This document shows positions 8,403-15,954 of a stretch of 37,480 nt of DNA, piece by piece. This DNA is from a virus. Below the pieces are notes generated by a model. It saw only the letters and a program-made list of their open reading frames with translations. It searched no databases and had not been told where the DNA came from. Within the stretch, counting starts at the first letter, position 1, and every line of letters begins with the position of its first letter. The stretch lies in the IMG/VR virus record IMGVR_UViG_3300050505_000174. The stretch is one strand, 5' to 3'. A program made the translations under genes and the position numbers.

Positions 8403-8516
8403 TCATTTTTTTTTCTTATATTCATCCAAGAGTGAATGCAGAAATTCTTTCTCTTGTTCTATAAGTTTTACTAATAAAGCAGCGACTATCACAAACAAAA
8501 TAAATACTACTATCAT
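8403..8516 (-). CDS. 37-aa single-pass membrane peptide (below the ORF-track size cutoff)
   Basis: ATG 8516..8514 preceded by AAGGT. Translation is MIVVFILFVIVAALLVKLIEQEKEFLHSLLDEYKKKK. It lies immediately upstream of the S74 fibre gene. Confidence 0.4.
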   Translation of the reverse strand: MIVVFILFVIVAALLVKLIEQEKEFLHSLLDEYKKKK

Positions 8517-8545
8517 GTTATACCTTAACTATATTATTCAATAAC

Positions 8546-8573
8546 TTGACTAGAACAGAAGACCCATTAGAAT
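8546..8573 (+). promoter_or_regulatory. Sigma70-type promoter for HTH gene 8611..8865
   Basis: TTGACT (8546-8551), 16-nt spacer, TAGAAT (8568-8573). Confidence 0.55.
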
Positions 8574-8610
8574 GAAATGAGTAAGTAACACCTTTCCTAC
8601 GGAGCATTCT

Positions 8611-8865
8611 ATGAATCATAATACAAACTCACCCATAACTCACTACATATCTCCTGAAAATGTAGAAAATATCAGAGAAAGATTTGAGGGAGTTATAGAT
8701 CACTTCAAATATACACTCTCTAAAGTATCAGAATTAATAGATATTCCAGCCCCCACACTTTGCAAATTCATACGAGACCGACAAGAAATAACTTTTGTTC
8801 AACTCATAAGAATAGAAGATTTTGTTATTGATATGGAGCGCAATGTTAAAGAAAGCTTCAAATGA
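8611..8865 (+). CDS. Small HTH regulator paralog (84 aa), lone plus-strand gene inside the fibre locus
   Basis: IRERFEGVIDHFKYTLSKVSELIDIPAPTLCKFI...LIRIEDFVIDME aligns by eye with LRERLSKIIAERGFTVSKVARLLDIVPLTLSTFL...LLKIDKFVTDYE of 4524..4769. Confidence 0.75.
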   Translation: MNHNTNSPITHYISPENVENIRERFEGVIDHFKYTLSKVSELIDIPAPTLCKFIRDRQEITFVQLIRIEDFVIDMERNVKESFK

Positions 8866-8868
8866 AAA

Positions 8869-8891
8869 ACCCGGGAGAGTTAAGCCCGGGT
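8869..8891. terminator. GC hairpin ACCCGGG/CCCGGGT between convergent genes
   Basis: 7-bp stem with a 9-nt loop, read directly from the sequence. Confidence 0.5.
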
Positions 8892-8903
8892 AAATAAAAG
8901 GAG

Positions 8904-8928
8904 AACAAACATAACACATGTTTGTTTT
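8904..8928 (+). terminator. Rho-independent-type terminator after the HTH gene
   Basis: AACAAACAT (8904-8912) pairs with ATGTTTGTT (8918-8926) across a 5-nt loop and runs into TTTT. Confidence 0.55.
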
Positions 8929-8936
8929 GGAGTAAG

Positions 8937-9599
8937 CTAAGGGATAAAATAAAATCCATTTCCATATAATTCAGAATTATTATTAAAGTTAACATTTGTC
9001 AGTTGTGGATAATTTGTAGACATAACATGTGATAAACAATTTATAGTGTTGGAAGCAACCTGTATAGCCCCAATAACCGGTGTTACACCTGCAATGCCTG
9101 CTGCATTATATATAACTAATGAACAAGGAAATTGATCAGTACCCACTATAGTATTGGGCAATCCACCTATGAAAGCATTACCGTTGCCTGATCCTTTTGA
9201 AGACAAAGCGATATGGAAGCTAAAGAAAATAACGTTGCCCAGCATTAAATATCGCCCTGTTTGTGTTGCATAGGTAATACCAGCTGAAGATACTGAAAAA
9301 TTGAAAGTAGGTGTCCAGGGAATAGCAGCACCTACTAGACCACCTAAATCTACGGTGATATCTATAGCATGTGCAGCGTTAGCTACATTTATAGCTGTTC
9401 CTGGGGTAATGTTTGCCCATATTGGTGCACCCGATCCAGATCCTATTAATATTTGTCCATCACTCCCCACACCAAAATTATTAATTGCGCCAGCGCCATT
9501 ACCTTTTAAGGGAGCGTGATTTGTCAGAGTTACTTGTTGGGTGCCACCAAAAGAAGTCTCAAGGGGACTGCCACTTCCTATTGCATTTTTTGTAGCCAT
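8937..9599 (-). CDS. Short tail-fibre/receptor-binding paralog 1 (220 aa)
   Basis: N-terminus MATKNAIGSGSPLE is shared with the next two genes. Also carries the G-Q-x-L-I-G ... I-x-V module and a C-terminal W-T-P-T ... G-x-Y ... G-L-P domain. Confidence 0.75.
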   Translation of the reverse strand: MATKNAIGSGSPLETSFGGTQQVTLTNHAPLKGNGAGAINNFGVGSDGQILIGSGSGAPIWANITPGTAINVANAAHAIDITVDLGGLVGAAIPWTPTFNFSVSSAGITYATQTGRYLMLGNVIFFSFHIALSSKGSGNGNAFIGGLPNTIVGTDQFPCSLVIYNAAGIAGVTPVIGAIQVASNTINCLSHVMSTNYPQLTNVNFNNNSELYGNGFYFIP

Positions 9600-9608
9600 T
9601 TTTGCTCC

Positions 9609-10268
9609 TTAGTTCGTAAAGTAAAAGCCAGAAGAAAACAACTGCTTAGAACTACTTGCATTCACTTTTTCATCCCACAATGCGTTATTAACTGATGGTT
9701 GATTGGTAATAAAGTTTATAAGGCCCGTAGCGGTATCTAAATAGCCAAATGCTTGTGGCCAAGGAGCAGCATTAGGGCTTTTAGTTATAAAACCATTCAT
9801 AGGGAAATAGTAGCGGGTAATAGAAAGATCATAGTTGCCTGGTAAGCCAGAGATAGTCATGGTAGAAGGGAAAGTGTTTCCTGTGATGATGACATTGCAA
9901 CTCCAATAAATTAAGTTACCCACTTGCACATAGGAACCAAGTCTGGTGCCATAAGTAAAAGCTTTTGCGGGAGTAAAAGTAATAGTAGGTGTCCATGATT
10001 GTATAGTACCAACTGCCGCCGCTGATAAGGTCACTGAATTTACGCCAGGAGTTACCGTAATTGAACCATCACTTGATATAATCTGGTTATAGTCAGGATC
10101 ACTCCCGCTTGCACCTATAAATAAATCTCCATTAAGAGCTCCTGCAAGAGATGAAATTGCTGCAGTTCCTTGCCCGACTAAAATACCATTCTGAGTCAAT
10201 GTAGCTTGACCAGTGCCACCTTCAGGAACCGTTAATGGTTTATTTCCTATAGCATTCTTTATTGCCAT
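9609..10268 (-). CDS. Short tail-fibre/receptor-binding paralog 2 (219 aa)
   Basis: MAIKNAIGNKPLTVPEGGTGQATL ... SWTPTITF ... ISGLPGN, ending SSGFYFTN (compare NGFYFIP in paralog 1). Confidence 0.75.
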   Translation of the reverse strand: MAIKNAIGNKPLTVPEGGTGQATLTQNGILVGQGTAAISSLAGALNGDLFIGASGSDPDYNQIISSDGSITVTPGVNSVTLSAAAVGTIQSWTPTITFTPAKAFTYGTRLGSYVQVGNLIYWSCNVIITGNTFPSTMTISGLPGNYDLSITRYYFPMNGFITKSPNAAPWPQAFGYLDTATGLINFITNQPSVNNALWDEKVNASSSKQLFSSGFYFTN

Positions 10269-10278
10269 ATATATTTCC

Positions 10279-10983
10279 TTATGCAGTGAAATTTATACCG
10301 CAAATACGGTATGTGTTGGTATTGGTTATTTGACCAAAATATTCAAATGTTTGTTGTCCTGGAGGTGAGCATAATAAAGTACCACCACCTGCAAATACAA
10401 AAGCTGCAGATAATCCAGTCCAATTACCTAATGTAGTATCAGGAGCTGCATTCAATTCAATAGCCCATTGGCTGGTATAAGGGGATGCATTATTGTTAAT
10501 ACTATTAAAGAAAAAAGGAAGACCTGTTATACCTACATCATTACTTGGAGGTGGTACATTAATCACGGTGCCTTTGCTAGTCAAAGTTATTTCAGCAGTG
10601 TATATAGCGAGTTTACCAAACAGAATATATTTACCATTTTGGACTGAATATGTTGGCGGGGTTATAACGTTAGCAGGTGGCGCAATTGATACGCTGGGAG
10701 TCCAGTTTGTCACTACACCCGTACCACCACCCGTATAATTGACCGTAATAGTATTAGCGCCATTGACTACCGTTATATTAGGGCCTGCAGTAATGGTATT
10801 AAATATACTCACTCCCGTATTAGCACCAATCAGTGTCTGTCCATTTGCTGAGGCATTAATAGTGGTAACGGGATTTACCCCGTTACCTTGTAATACACCA
10901 TTAGCAGTATGAGTAGAAGCAGCCGTTGAACCAAATGGCACTTCAAGCGGCTTATTGCTTCCTATAGAATTTCTTGTTGCCAT
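10279..10983 (-). CDS. Short tail-fibre/receptor-binding paralog 3 (234 aa)
   Basis: MATRNSIGSNKPLEVPFG ... NWTPSVSI ... ITGLPFF. Same architecture as paralogs 1 and 2 but with a divergent distal half. Confidence 0.75.
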   Translation of the reverse strand: MATRNSIGSNKPLEVPFGSTAASTHTANGVLQGNGVNPVTTINASANGQTLIGANTGVSIFNTITAGPNITVVNGANTITVNYTGGGTGVVTNWTPSVSIAPPANVITPPTYSVQNGKYILFGKLAIYTAEITLTSKGTVINVPPPSNDVGITGLPFFFNSINNNASPYTSQWAIELNAAPDTTLGNWTGLSAAFVFAGGGTLLCSPPGQQTFEYFGQITNTNTYRICGINFTA

Positions 10984-10991
10984 ATAATTCC

Positions 10992-12935
10992 TTAAACTAT
11001 AGTGATGTTACCCATTGATCCTGGAACAGCAAACCAACCAGTATTAGCTACATTACATACAAGTACCACTGCATCACCAATAGCCGTAGAAGTAAGTGAA
11101 CCGCCAACACCAACGGTGGTAAGTGCATTGGTAAATCGTATTGATACTCCAGCAGTTTGAGCAATCTGGAATCCATTGGCATTCATAGCAGCAACAGCTA
11201 TAGTATCACCAACTGCAGCAACTGCAGGAAGAGTAACCACAACAGGAGCACCACCATTACAGAAATATCCTTGACCTGCAACGCCAGCTTGAGATGCTGT
11301 AATTACTGACCAGGTTACAAATCCACCACCGCCACCACCAGTTGCATTAATAGTTATAGTGTTACCTGCGCCAACAGTGGAGCAATTAGTACCACCCAAT
11401 ATTTGTAATACACCTGCTGCTGGTACAGCTGAACCTGCATCTGCATCAACTTCTAATATACCAACACCAGCACCTGAAACCAGATAACCAGCTACAAATG
11501 CATTAGCACCAAGTCCAATTACCTGATTGCCACCACCACCTATTTGATTGGTAGCTATAGTAAATGCAGCAGTATCTCCTGCATCCATATCAACTATTTG
11601 CTGAAATGAGAGTACACCAGAAGTACCTCCAGAATCTGCACCAAAAGCACCTGTACCTGAGAAATTCCATATATAAGTTCTAGCTGTGGTAACTATTTGT
11701 GCAGTACATGTTCCTACATTGTTTCCTGAATCAGAATCTACATTGGTAAGATCAACCGTTATTTCTAAATAATATTGAGAATTAGTAGGAGCAGTAAATA
11801 TGCCTGTTGCAGGATTAAAATTGTTACCCACATCAAATATCTCTACCAAATCTTGCGTAGAGCCATAGGTATATACAGTTCCATTTCCGGTTACATTGGG
11901 AACGTTAGGAGTATTTTGAGCCAAGAATGCACAATTGACTGCAGTGCCACCACCAGTTGATTCAAGATTGATAGATCCAGGACCATTCGTTATAGTGACC
12001 GTACCACCCACAGAAGTAAGATTGGCAAACACAGGACCAGTTCCTGTTGATCCTATAGGCAATTGTCCATTGGTACCACGACTCATTTTTACTACGTCAT
12101 TGGTATCTACAATCATTATACCATTGTTAGGATTAAGCGTATTGCTACTGGCAAATACACCACCCATGAAAACATTATTAACTTGACGAGTTCCAGAACC
12201 AGAAAGTCCTAAGCGCATAGTATTTGATTCACCAACTACACCAACGTTCTGCAGTAAAATATTGTTGCTTTCAGCTCCGGTATAATCTGAGCCAGCGCCA
12301 AATCCAAGTAGGAGATTGTTATCACCACTTAATAATTGTTGGCCACTTGCAGCTCCATATATTACATTGTTATCAGCTGAAGTAAGTAGAACTGCGCTAT
12401 TGAAACCTGTTGCAGTATTATTTGAACCAGTCAGCGTAAAATTACCTGCATCGCCAAGGAATATATTACCTGAACCAAACATCTGCACTGCGATAGAACT
12501 ACCAATACCCAGAACACCTGAAAGAGTATCAGCAGTAGTTTCTGGTAAGAATACTGAATTATTTAAATTAACGGTAAGTGTATTTAAAGTTCCTACCGTA
12601 TTGATATTTGCACCACCAAGTATATTTACATCACCCATTGCATCAGGAACTACATCTATACCGCTGTCAGGAATAATCGTTGAAATATTTCCACCGCCGC
12701 CACCATTTAAGGGAATCCAGGTTGCCAAGGGACCAGCAGAAGTTGAAGTTCCTGCAAGAGATACTAACACATATACTATCTGTGTCTGCTGATTAAGCCA
12801 TAAATCTAAAAGAGAATGATTAATATCATATTGCGTGGGGGCTGTATCGGCAGAAAAAACACAATCTGGTGGCTGTACAGCATTGGTACCTAGATATGCT
12901 GATCCTCGAGCTGATCCACCTAATCTGTTACTCAT
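10992..12935 (-). CDS. Large modular tail fibre (647 aa) with beta-repeat region, internal C1q-like domain and distal knob
   Basis: G-x-x-N-x-x-x-G repeats end in NTMRLGLSG, followed by the TNGQLPIGSTGTGP...GSINLE module. A C1q-like segment (residues about 333-487, CAFLAQ...IFDVGNNFNPATGIFTAPTNSQYYLE...FVAGYLV) follows. Poly-Gly linkers are present, and the C-terminal domain is paralogous to that of 13568..14212. Confidence 0.8.
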   Translation of the reverse strand: MSNRLGGSARGSAYLGTNAVQPPDCVFSADTAPTQYDINHSLLDLWLNQQTQIVYVLVSLAGTSTSAGPLATWIPLNGGGGGNISTIIPDSGIDVVPDAMGDVNILGGANINTVGTLNTLTVNLNNSVFLPETTADTLSGVLGIGSSIAVQMFGSGNIFLGDAGNFTLTGSNNTATGFNSAVLLTSADNNVIYGAASGQQLLSGDNNLLLGFGAGSDYTGAESNNILLQNVGVVGESNTMRLGLSGSGTRQVNNVFMGGVFASSNTLNPNNGIMIVDTNDVVKMSRGTNGQLPIGSTGTGPVFANLTSVGGTVTITNGPGSINLESTGGGTAVNCAFLAQNTPNVPNVTGNGTVYTYGSTQDLVEIFDVGNNFNPATGIFTAPTNSQYYLEITVDLTNVDSDSGNNVGTCTAQIVTTARTYIWNFSGTGAFGADSGGTSGVLSFQQIVDMDAGDTAAFTIATNQIGGGGNQVIGLGANAFVAGYLVSGAGVGILEVDADAGSAVPAAGVLQILGGTNCSTVGAGNTITINATGGGGGGFVTWSVITASQAGVAGQGYFCNGGAPVVVTLPAVAAVGDTIAVAAMNANGFQIAQTAGVSIRFTNALTTVGVGGSLTSTAIGDAVVLVCNVANTGWFAVPGSMGNITIV

Positions 12936-12998
12936 ACTAAATCCTTTATAATTAATCTTATGTAATAAAACAGCTTATTCTTCGCCATTATTTTCCTT

Positions 12999-13559
12999 TT
13001 AACCCAATCTATATGCACTAAAATAAGTATTATAAGGTTGTAACGAAGGTGATAGGATTCCCACATTAAGAGCAACTCCAAAAACTTGGATTGATATTTG
13101 AATTCCTGAAGTACCAGAAGCTCTAAAAATGAGACTGTTAGTTATGGAGAATCCGCCATCAAAAGAAACATTAAAAGGATTATAAGCCTGAAAAAGATTG
13201 TTGGGATTGATTCCTGAATCAAAATCAGAAAAAAATAAATTCATTCCTAAATTACTACTATCTATACCAGTCAGTGTGACTGAATAATTTACCATATACG
13301 TAGAATTAAGACCCGGAGTCCACATGCCAGTAGTAGAATCATATTCAGAACCATCATTCCATATAACTTGATCAAAAATTATAGGATATATTGTTCCATC
13401 ACCAGTAACATTTGGAATCCCTTCTCCTGAAATTGTTGCATTGAAACTCGGTTGATTTCCATTTGCATATACACCATCTTGTCCAAATACTGCAGGTTGA
13501 TTATTGCTAAATATTATCTGGCCAAATGAGGCATTATTAGCAGCATTATTTGTTGCCAT
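12999..13559 (-). CDS. C1q/TNF-like jelly-roll domain protein (186 aa), probable fibre tip or receptor-binding subunit
   Basis: SFNATI...IIFDQVIWNDGSEYDSTTGMWTPGLNSTYMVNYSV...YFSAYRLG follows the C1q pattern FSA...I-x-F-x-x-V-x-x-N-x-G-x-x-Y...G-x-F-x-x-P-x-x-G-x-Y...FSG-x-L. Confidence 0.6.
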   Translation of the reverse strand: MATNNAANNASFGQIIFSNNQPAVFGQDGVYANGNQPSFNATISGEGIPNVTGDGTIYPIIFDQVIWNDGSEYDSTTGMWTPGLNSTYMVNYSVTLTGIDSSNLGMNLFFSDFDSGINPNNLFQAYNPFNVSFDGGFSITNSLIFRASGTSGIQISIQVFGVALNVGILSPSLQPYNTYFSAYRLG

Positions 13560-13567
13560 GATTTCTC

Positions 13568-14212
13568 CTATTCAACTACAAGATTTCCTTGAGGACCAAA
13601 TTCAACTCGCCATTCTGTATCAGCAGTAATACATATCAAAGATACTCCATCACCGACTGTATTTCCTCCTAAGGAGCCACCTATTCCTGTAGTTGTTTGC
13701 TGATTACCAAAGTATATTGTTTGTCCAGTTCCACACAGAACAGCCCATGAACCTGATTTATGTAAAACTTGTAATCTACTAAATTGAGGAGCAGTAGCAG
13801 GAAGAGTAAGGAGTACTGCACCGCCTTCATTAATCAAATAGCCTGTATTTATATCCATAGCTTGACTAGAAGTAACTACTTCAACCCACGTAAATGTGGT
13901 TGCTGTTGCGGCTATAGTTATACTTCCTGCACCATTAGTTATTTGAATCCCATCTCCAGGTGTAAGTGCCGCTATGATGGGATTTGTCCCCGTATTTCCA
14001 ATTGGTAGTTGCCCGTTAGTAGCTGCCGTAAGAGAGCTAATTGAATTTGTTGCATTACCAATCAGAAGAGAATGATTAAAGGTACCAGAAACGTTTACCG
14101 TTGGATTTACTGCAGGATTACCAGTTATAGTAATATTATTTCCACCTGAAACACTCGTTACGGTACCACCTCCGCCACCACCTGATGAAGCAACTATTGT
14201 TACCTGTGACAT
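13568..14212 (-). CDS. Tail-fibre protein (214 aa) sharing two modules with the 647-aa fibre
   Basis: Poly-Gly SSGGGGGGT, then ATNGQLPIGNTGTNP...GAGSITIA. The C-terminus FTWVEVVTSSQ...LLTLPATAP...GIGGSLGGNTVGDGVSLIC...W aligns with FVTWSVITASQ...VVTLPAVAA...GVGGSLTSTAIGDAVVLVC...W. Confidence 0.75.
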   Translation of the reverse strand: MSQVTIVASSGGGGGGTVTSVSGGNNITITGNPAVNPTVNVSGTFNHSLLIGNATNSISSLTAATNGQLPIGNTGTNPIIAALTPGDGIQITNGAGSITIAATATTFTWVEVVTSSQAMDINTGYLINEGGAVLLTLPATAPQFSRLQVLHKSGSWAVLCGTGQTIYFGNQQTTTGIGGSLGGNTVGDGVSLICITADTEWRVEFGPQGNLVVE

Positions 14213-14221
14213 ACTCTCTCC

Positions 14222-14575
14222 TTAATCATTAGAAGCAAATATAATACCTAGAAATATTCCACCTTCGGTAGGCAAATCTGCTGAAGCTGTCACATACGCT
14301 TGGGTGTATTTAGCTTGTTCAAGTTGATCAGAACTTGCCTGTCTATTTGCGCCAAAGTCGTATACTCTGCCAGATTTAGCAGGACAATATATATGAGGAA
14401 TAACTCCATCAAATGAAACTAATAAAGGTTCATCAGTATCATTAAAAATATCAATTGCTCTTGCAGGATTTTCATATGGATCACCAATGGGAGTATATGC
14501 TAAAGATATATCTCCAAAAGCAACTCCTCTGAGTTCTTCAAAGCGAACTCGAGAAGCATTTGAATAATTCTTCAC
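14222..14575 (-). CDS. Hypothetical protein in the fibre locus (117 aa)
   Basis: ORF track. No family recognised. Confidence 0.55.
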   Translation of the reverse strand: MKNYSNASRVRFEELRGVAFGDISLAYTPIGDPYENPARAIDIFNDTDEPLLVSFDGVIPHIYCPAKSGRVYDFGANRQASSDQLEQAKYTQAYVTASADLPTEGGIFLGIIFASND

Positions 14576-14578
14576 GGA

Positions 14579-14761
14579 CTACTCCTTTGATTTCTGTTCT
14601 TCTGCTTTTATTTCTTCTTCAGCTTTCATTTTTTCAAACTCAGCTTTAAATTCTTCTAATACTTCAAATAGTTCTGTCCATGGTGTGCCAGGCTGCAGAT
14701 CTAATTTAAAAATTCTTTCATTCTTTTTAATCGCAAAATGATATAAAGCAAATTTATCCAT
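14579..14761 (-). CDS. Small acidic helical protein (60 aa), possible fibre assembly factor
   Basis: ORF track. C-terminal Glu/Lys-rich helix. The functional guess rests on position only. Confidence 0.45.
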   Translation of the reverse strand: MDKFALYHFAIKKNERIFKLDLQPGTPWTELFEVLEEFKAEFEKMKAEEEIKAEEQKSKE

Positions 14762-14775
14762 CTGTATCCTTTTAG

Positions 14776-15843
14776 TTAGGGAGCAATGTTAGTAAAATAT
14801 GGAACAAAAACAGCAACACTATTAACATAAAACTTCATAAATCCAGTATTAGTTCCTGAATTACCATTAGTAGAAAGAAGAGTGAGAGCTCCTGCTCCTT
14901 GTGTAGTATTAACTACATTGGTTATACCTGTTTCTCCTAATCCACCAACGCCTGGATCTCCTTGAGCAAAAAGAGCCTGTGTTGCAATAACATTAAGTTC
15001 TGCATCAACATTTCCAGCTATAAATGTATTTAAATGAGCGCCACTGGTACCTAATCTAATAGTATTATTATCCCCAGGTACACCAAAGTTATCTATGCAA
15101 ATATTACTTGTTTCAGTTCCTATATAACCTGAACCAGCTTGACTTCCAATTGCTATATTGTTGTTTCCATCTATAAGCTGCTCTAAACTTCTCCAACCAA
15201 TAGCTGTATTTCTTTCACCAATAGTAATTAAAACACCACTGCTACTTCCAACGAGTGTGTTGTTTACTCCAGAAATAAGAGCTCTGCCTGCAGAAGTACC
15301 TATTAATGTTGATTGTTCTGCTGAAGTTACATTAAGACCACTAAATGCACCCACGGCTGTCACATTTACTGCAGTAGTAATAGCGGGAACCGAAGAGTTT
15401 CCTATTCCTGTTATATTAATACCTGTTACGGTGAAATTACCACTCCCACTTCCAAGAAAAGTGTTTCGAGTACCAAAGTCACTCATAAATCTCACACCAC
15501 CAACATAGATGACGCCATCAGCACCACCAGCACTTGTTATGGGTAAAAATATTGAACCGCCTATGGTTGCATCGTTGGTAACGGTAATATTTGTGAAAGT
15601 TGCATCTCCGCCATTTCCAACAATCTGAACCCAATTAGCAACTGCATCTTGGGTTGAGGCCAGAATCCATATCTGATTTACGGGAGCTCCTGCTACATCT
15701 CTTGCCTGAATCCATATGGTAGATGGTTCATAGTTGTCGAATGCTGTTGGGGCTCTATTGGCATTAGTAACAGGTGCAGGATTGAGAGTCACAAATGGTT
15801 GTACTGAACCAGGCGCTCTTCTTTGAGTTATATTTGTAGCCAT
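14776..15843 (-). CDS. Tail fibre/spike-like protein (355 aa) with G-x-x-N-x-x-x-G beta repeats
   Basis: Start taken at MATNITQRR, preceded by AAGGAG (the track ORF starts 30 nt earlier). Repeats end in NNTIRLGTSG, like NTMRLGLSG in the 647-aa fibre. The N-terminal W-rich motif is also shared with that fibre. Confidence 0.75.
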   Translation of the reverse strand: MATNITQRRAPGSVQPFVTLNPAPVTNANRAPTAFDNYEPSTIWIQARDVAGAPVNQIWILASTQDAVANWVQIVGNGGDATFTNITVTNDATIGGSIFLPITSAGGADGVIYVGGVRFMSDFGTRNTFLGSGSGNFTVTGINITGIGNSSVPAITTAVNVTAVGAFSGLNVTSAEQSTLIGTSAGRALISGVNNTLVGSSSGVLITIGERNTAIGWRSLEQLIDGNNNIAIGSQAGSGYIGTETSNICIDNFGVPGDNNTIRLGTSGAHLNTFIAGNVDAELNVIATQALFAQGDPGVGGLGETGITNVVNTTQGAGALTLLSTNGNSGTNTGFMKFYVNSVAVFVPYFTNIAP

Positions 15844-15919
15844 TATTTTCTCCTTAGTTAATAAGATTTGCACCTATCATAGTAAGTAAAAGTTGCTTAA
15901 AGCAAGCTATAATTAGTAC

Positions 15920-15947
15920 TTGATATATACGTATATATGTATATATT
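15920..15947 (+). promoter_or_regulatory. Candidate promoter for the plus-strand island
   Basis: TTGATA (15920-15925), 16-nt spacer, TATATT (15942-15947). This would place a start near G15955, where the GC-rich element begins. The region is a (TA)-rich tract, so the call is soft. Confidence 0.35.
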
Positions 15948-15954
15948 TATATAT

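Noticed and set aside
12316-12792. Long plus-strand ORFs antisense to fibre and capsid genes (for example 12316..12792, 15158..15508, 25312..25677, 9301..9519, 10493..10738, 11935..12186)
   Set aside because: They lie entirely inside much longer minus-strand genes with clear fibre or capsid features. They lack Shine-Dalgarno sequences, and their translations are low-complexity mirror images of Gly/Thr/Asn-rich repeats. These are typical shadow ORFs.
11320-14190. Poly-Gly-encoding CCACC(G/A)CC tracts in fibre genes as phase-variable slip-strand sites
   Set aside because: The tracts are imperfect mixed GGT/GGC/GGA codons rather than homopolymers or perfect short tandem repeats. They are better explained as flexible Gly linkers between fibre domains.
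7238-15843. A diversity-generating retroelement or invertase shufflon acting on the fibre genes
   Set aside because: No reverse transcriptase, no recombinase or invertase gene, and no near-identical template/variable repeat pair or flanking inverted crossover sites could be found by eye. The fibre paralogs are diverged at the DNA level.
15926-15954. (TA)n-like tract as a microsatellite or replication origin
   Set aside because: It is short and imperfect, and its position immediately upstream of the GC-rich RNA element fits promoter or UP-element sequence better. No flanking iterons or DnaA-box-like repeats were seen.
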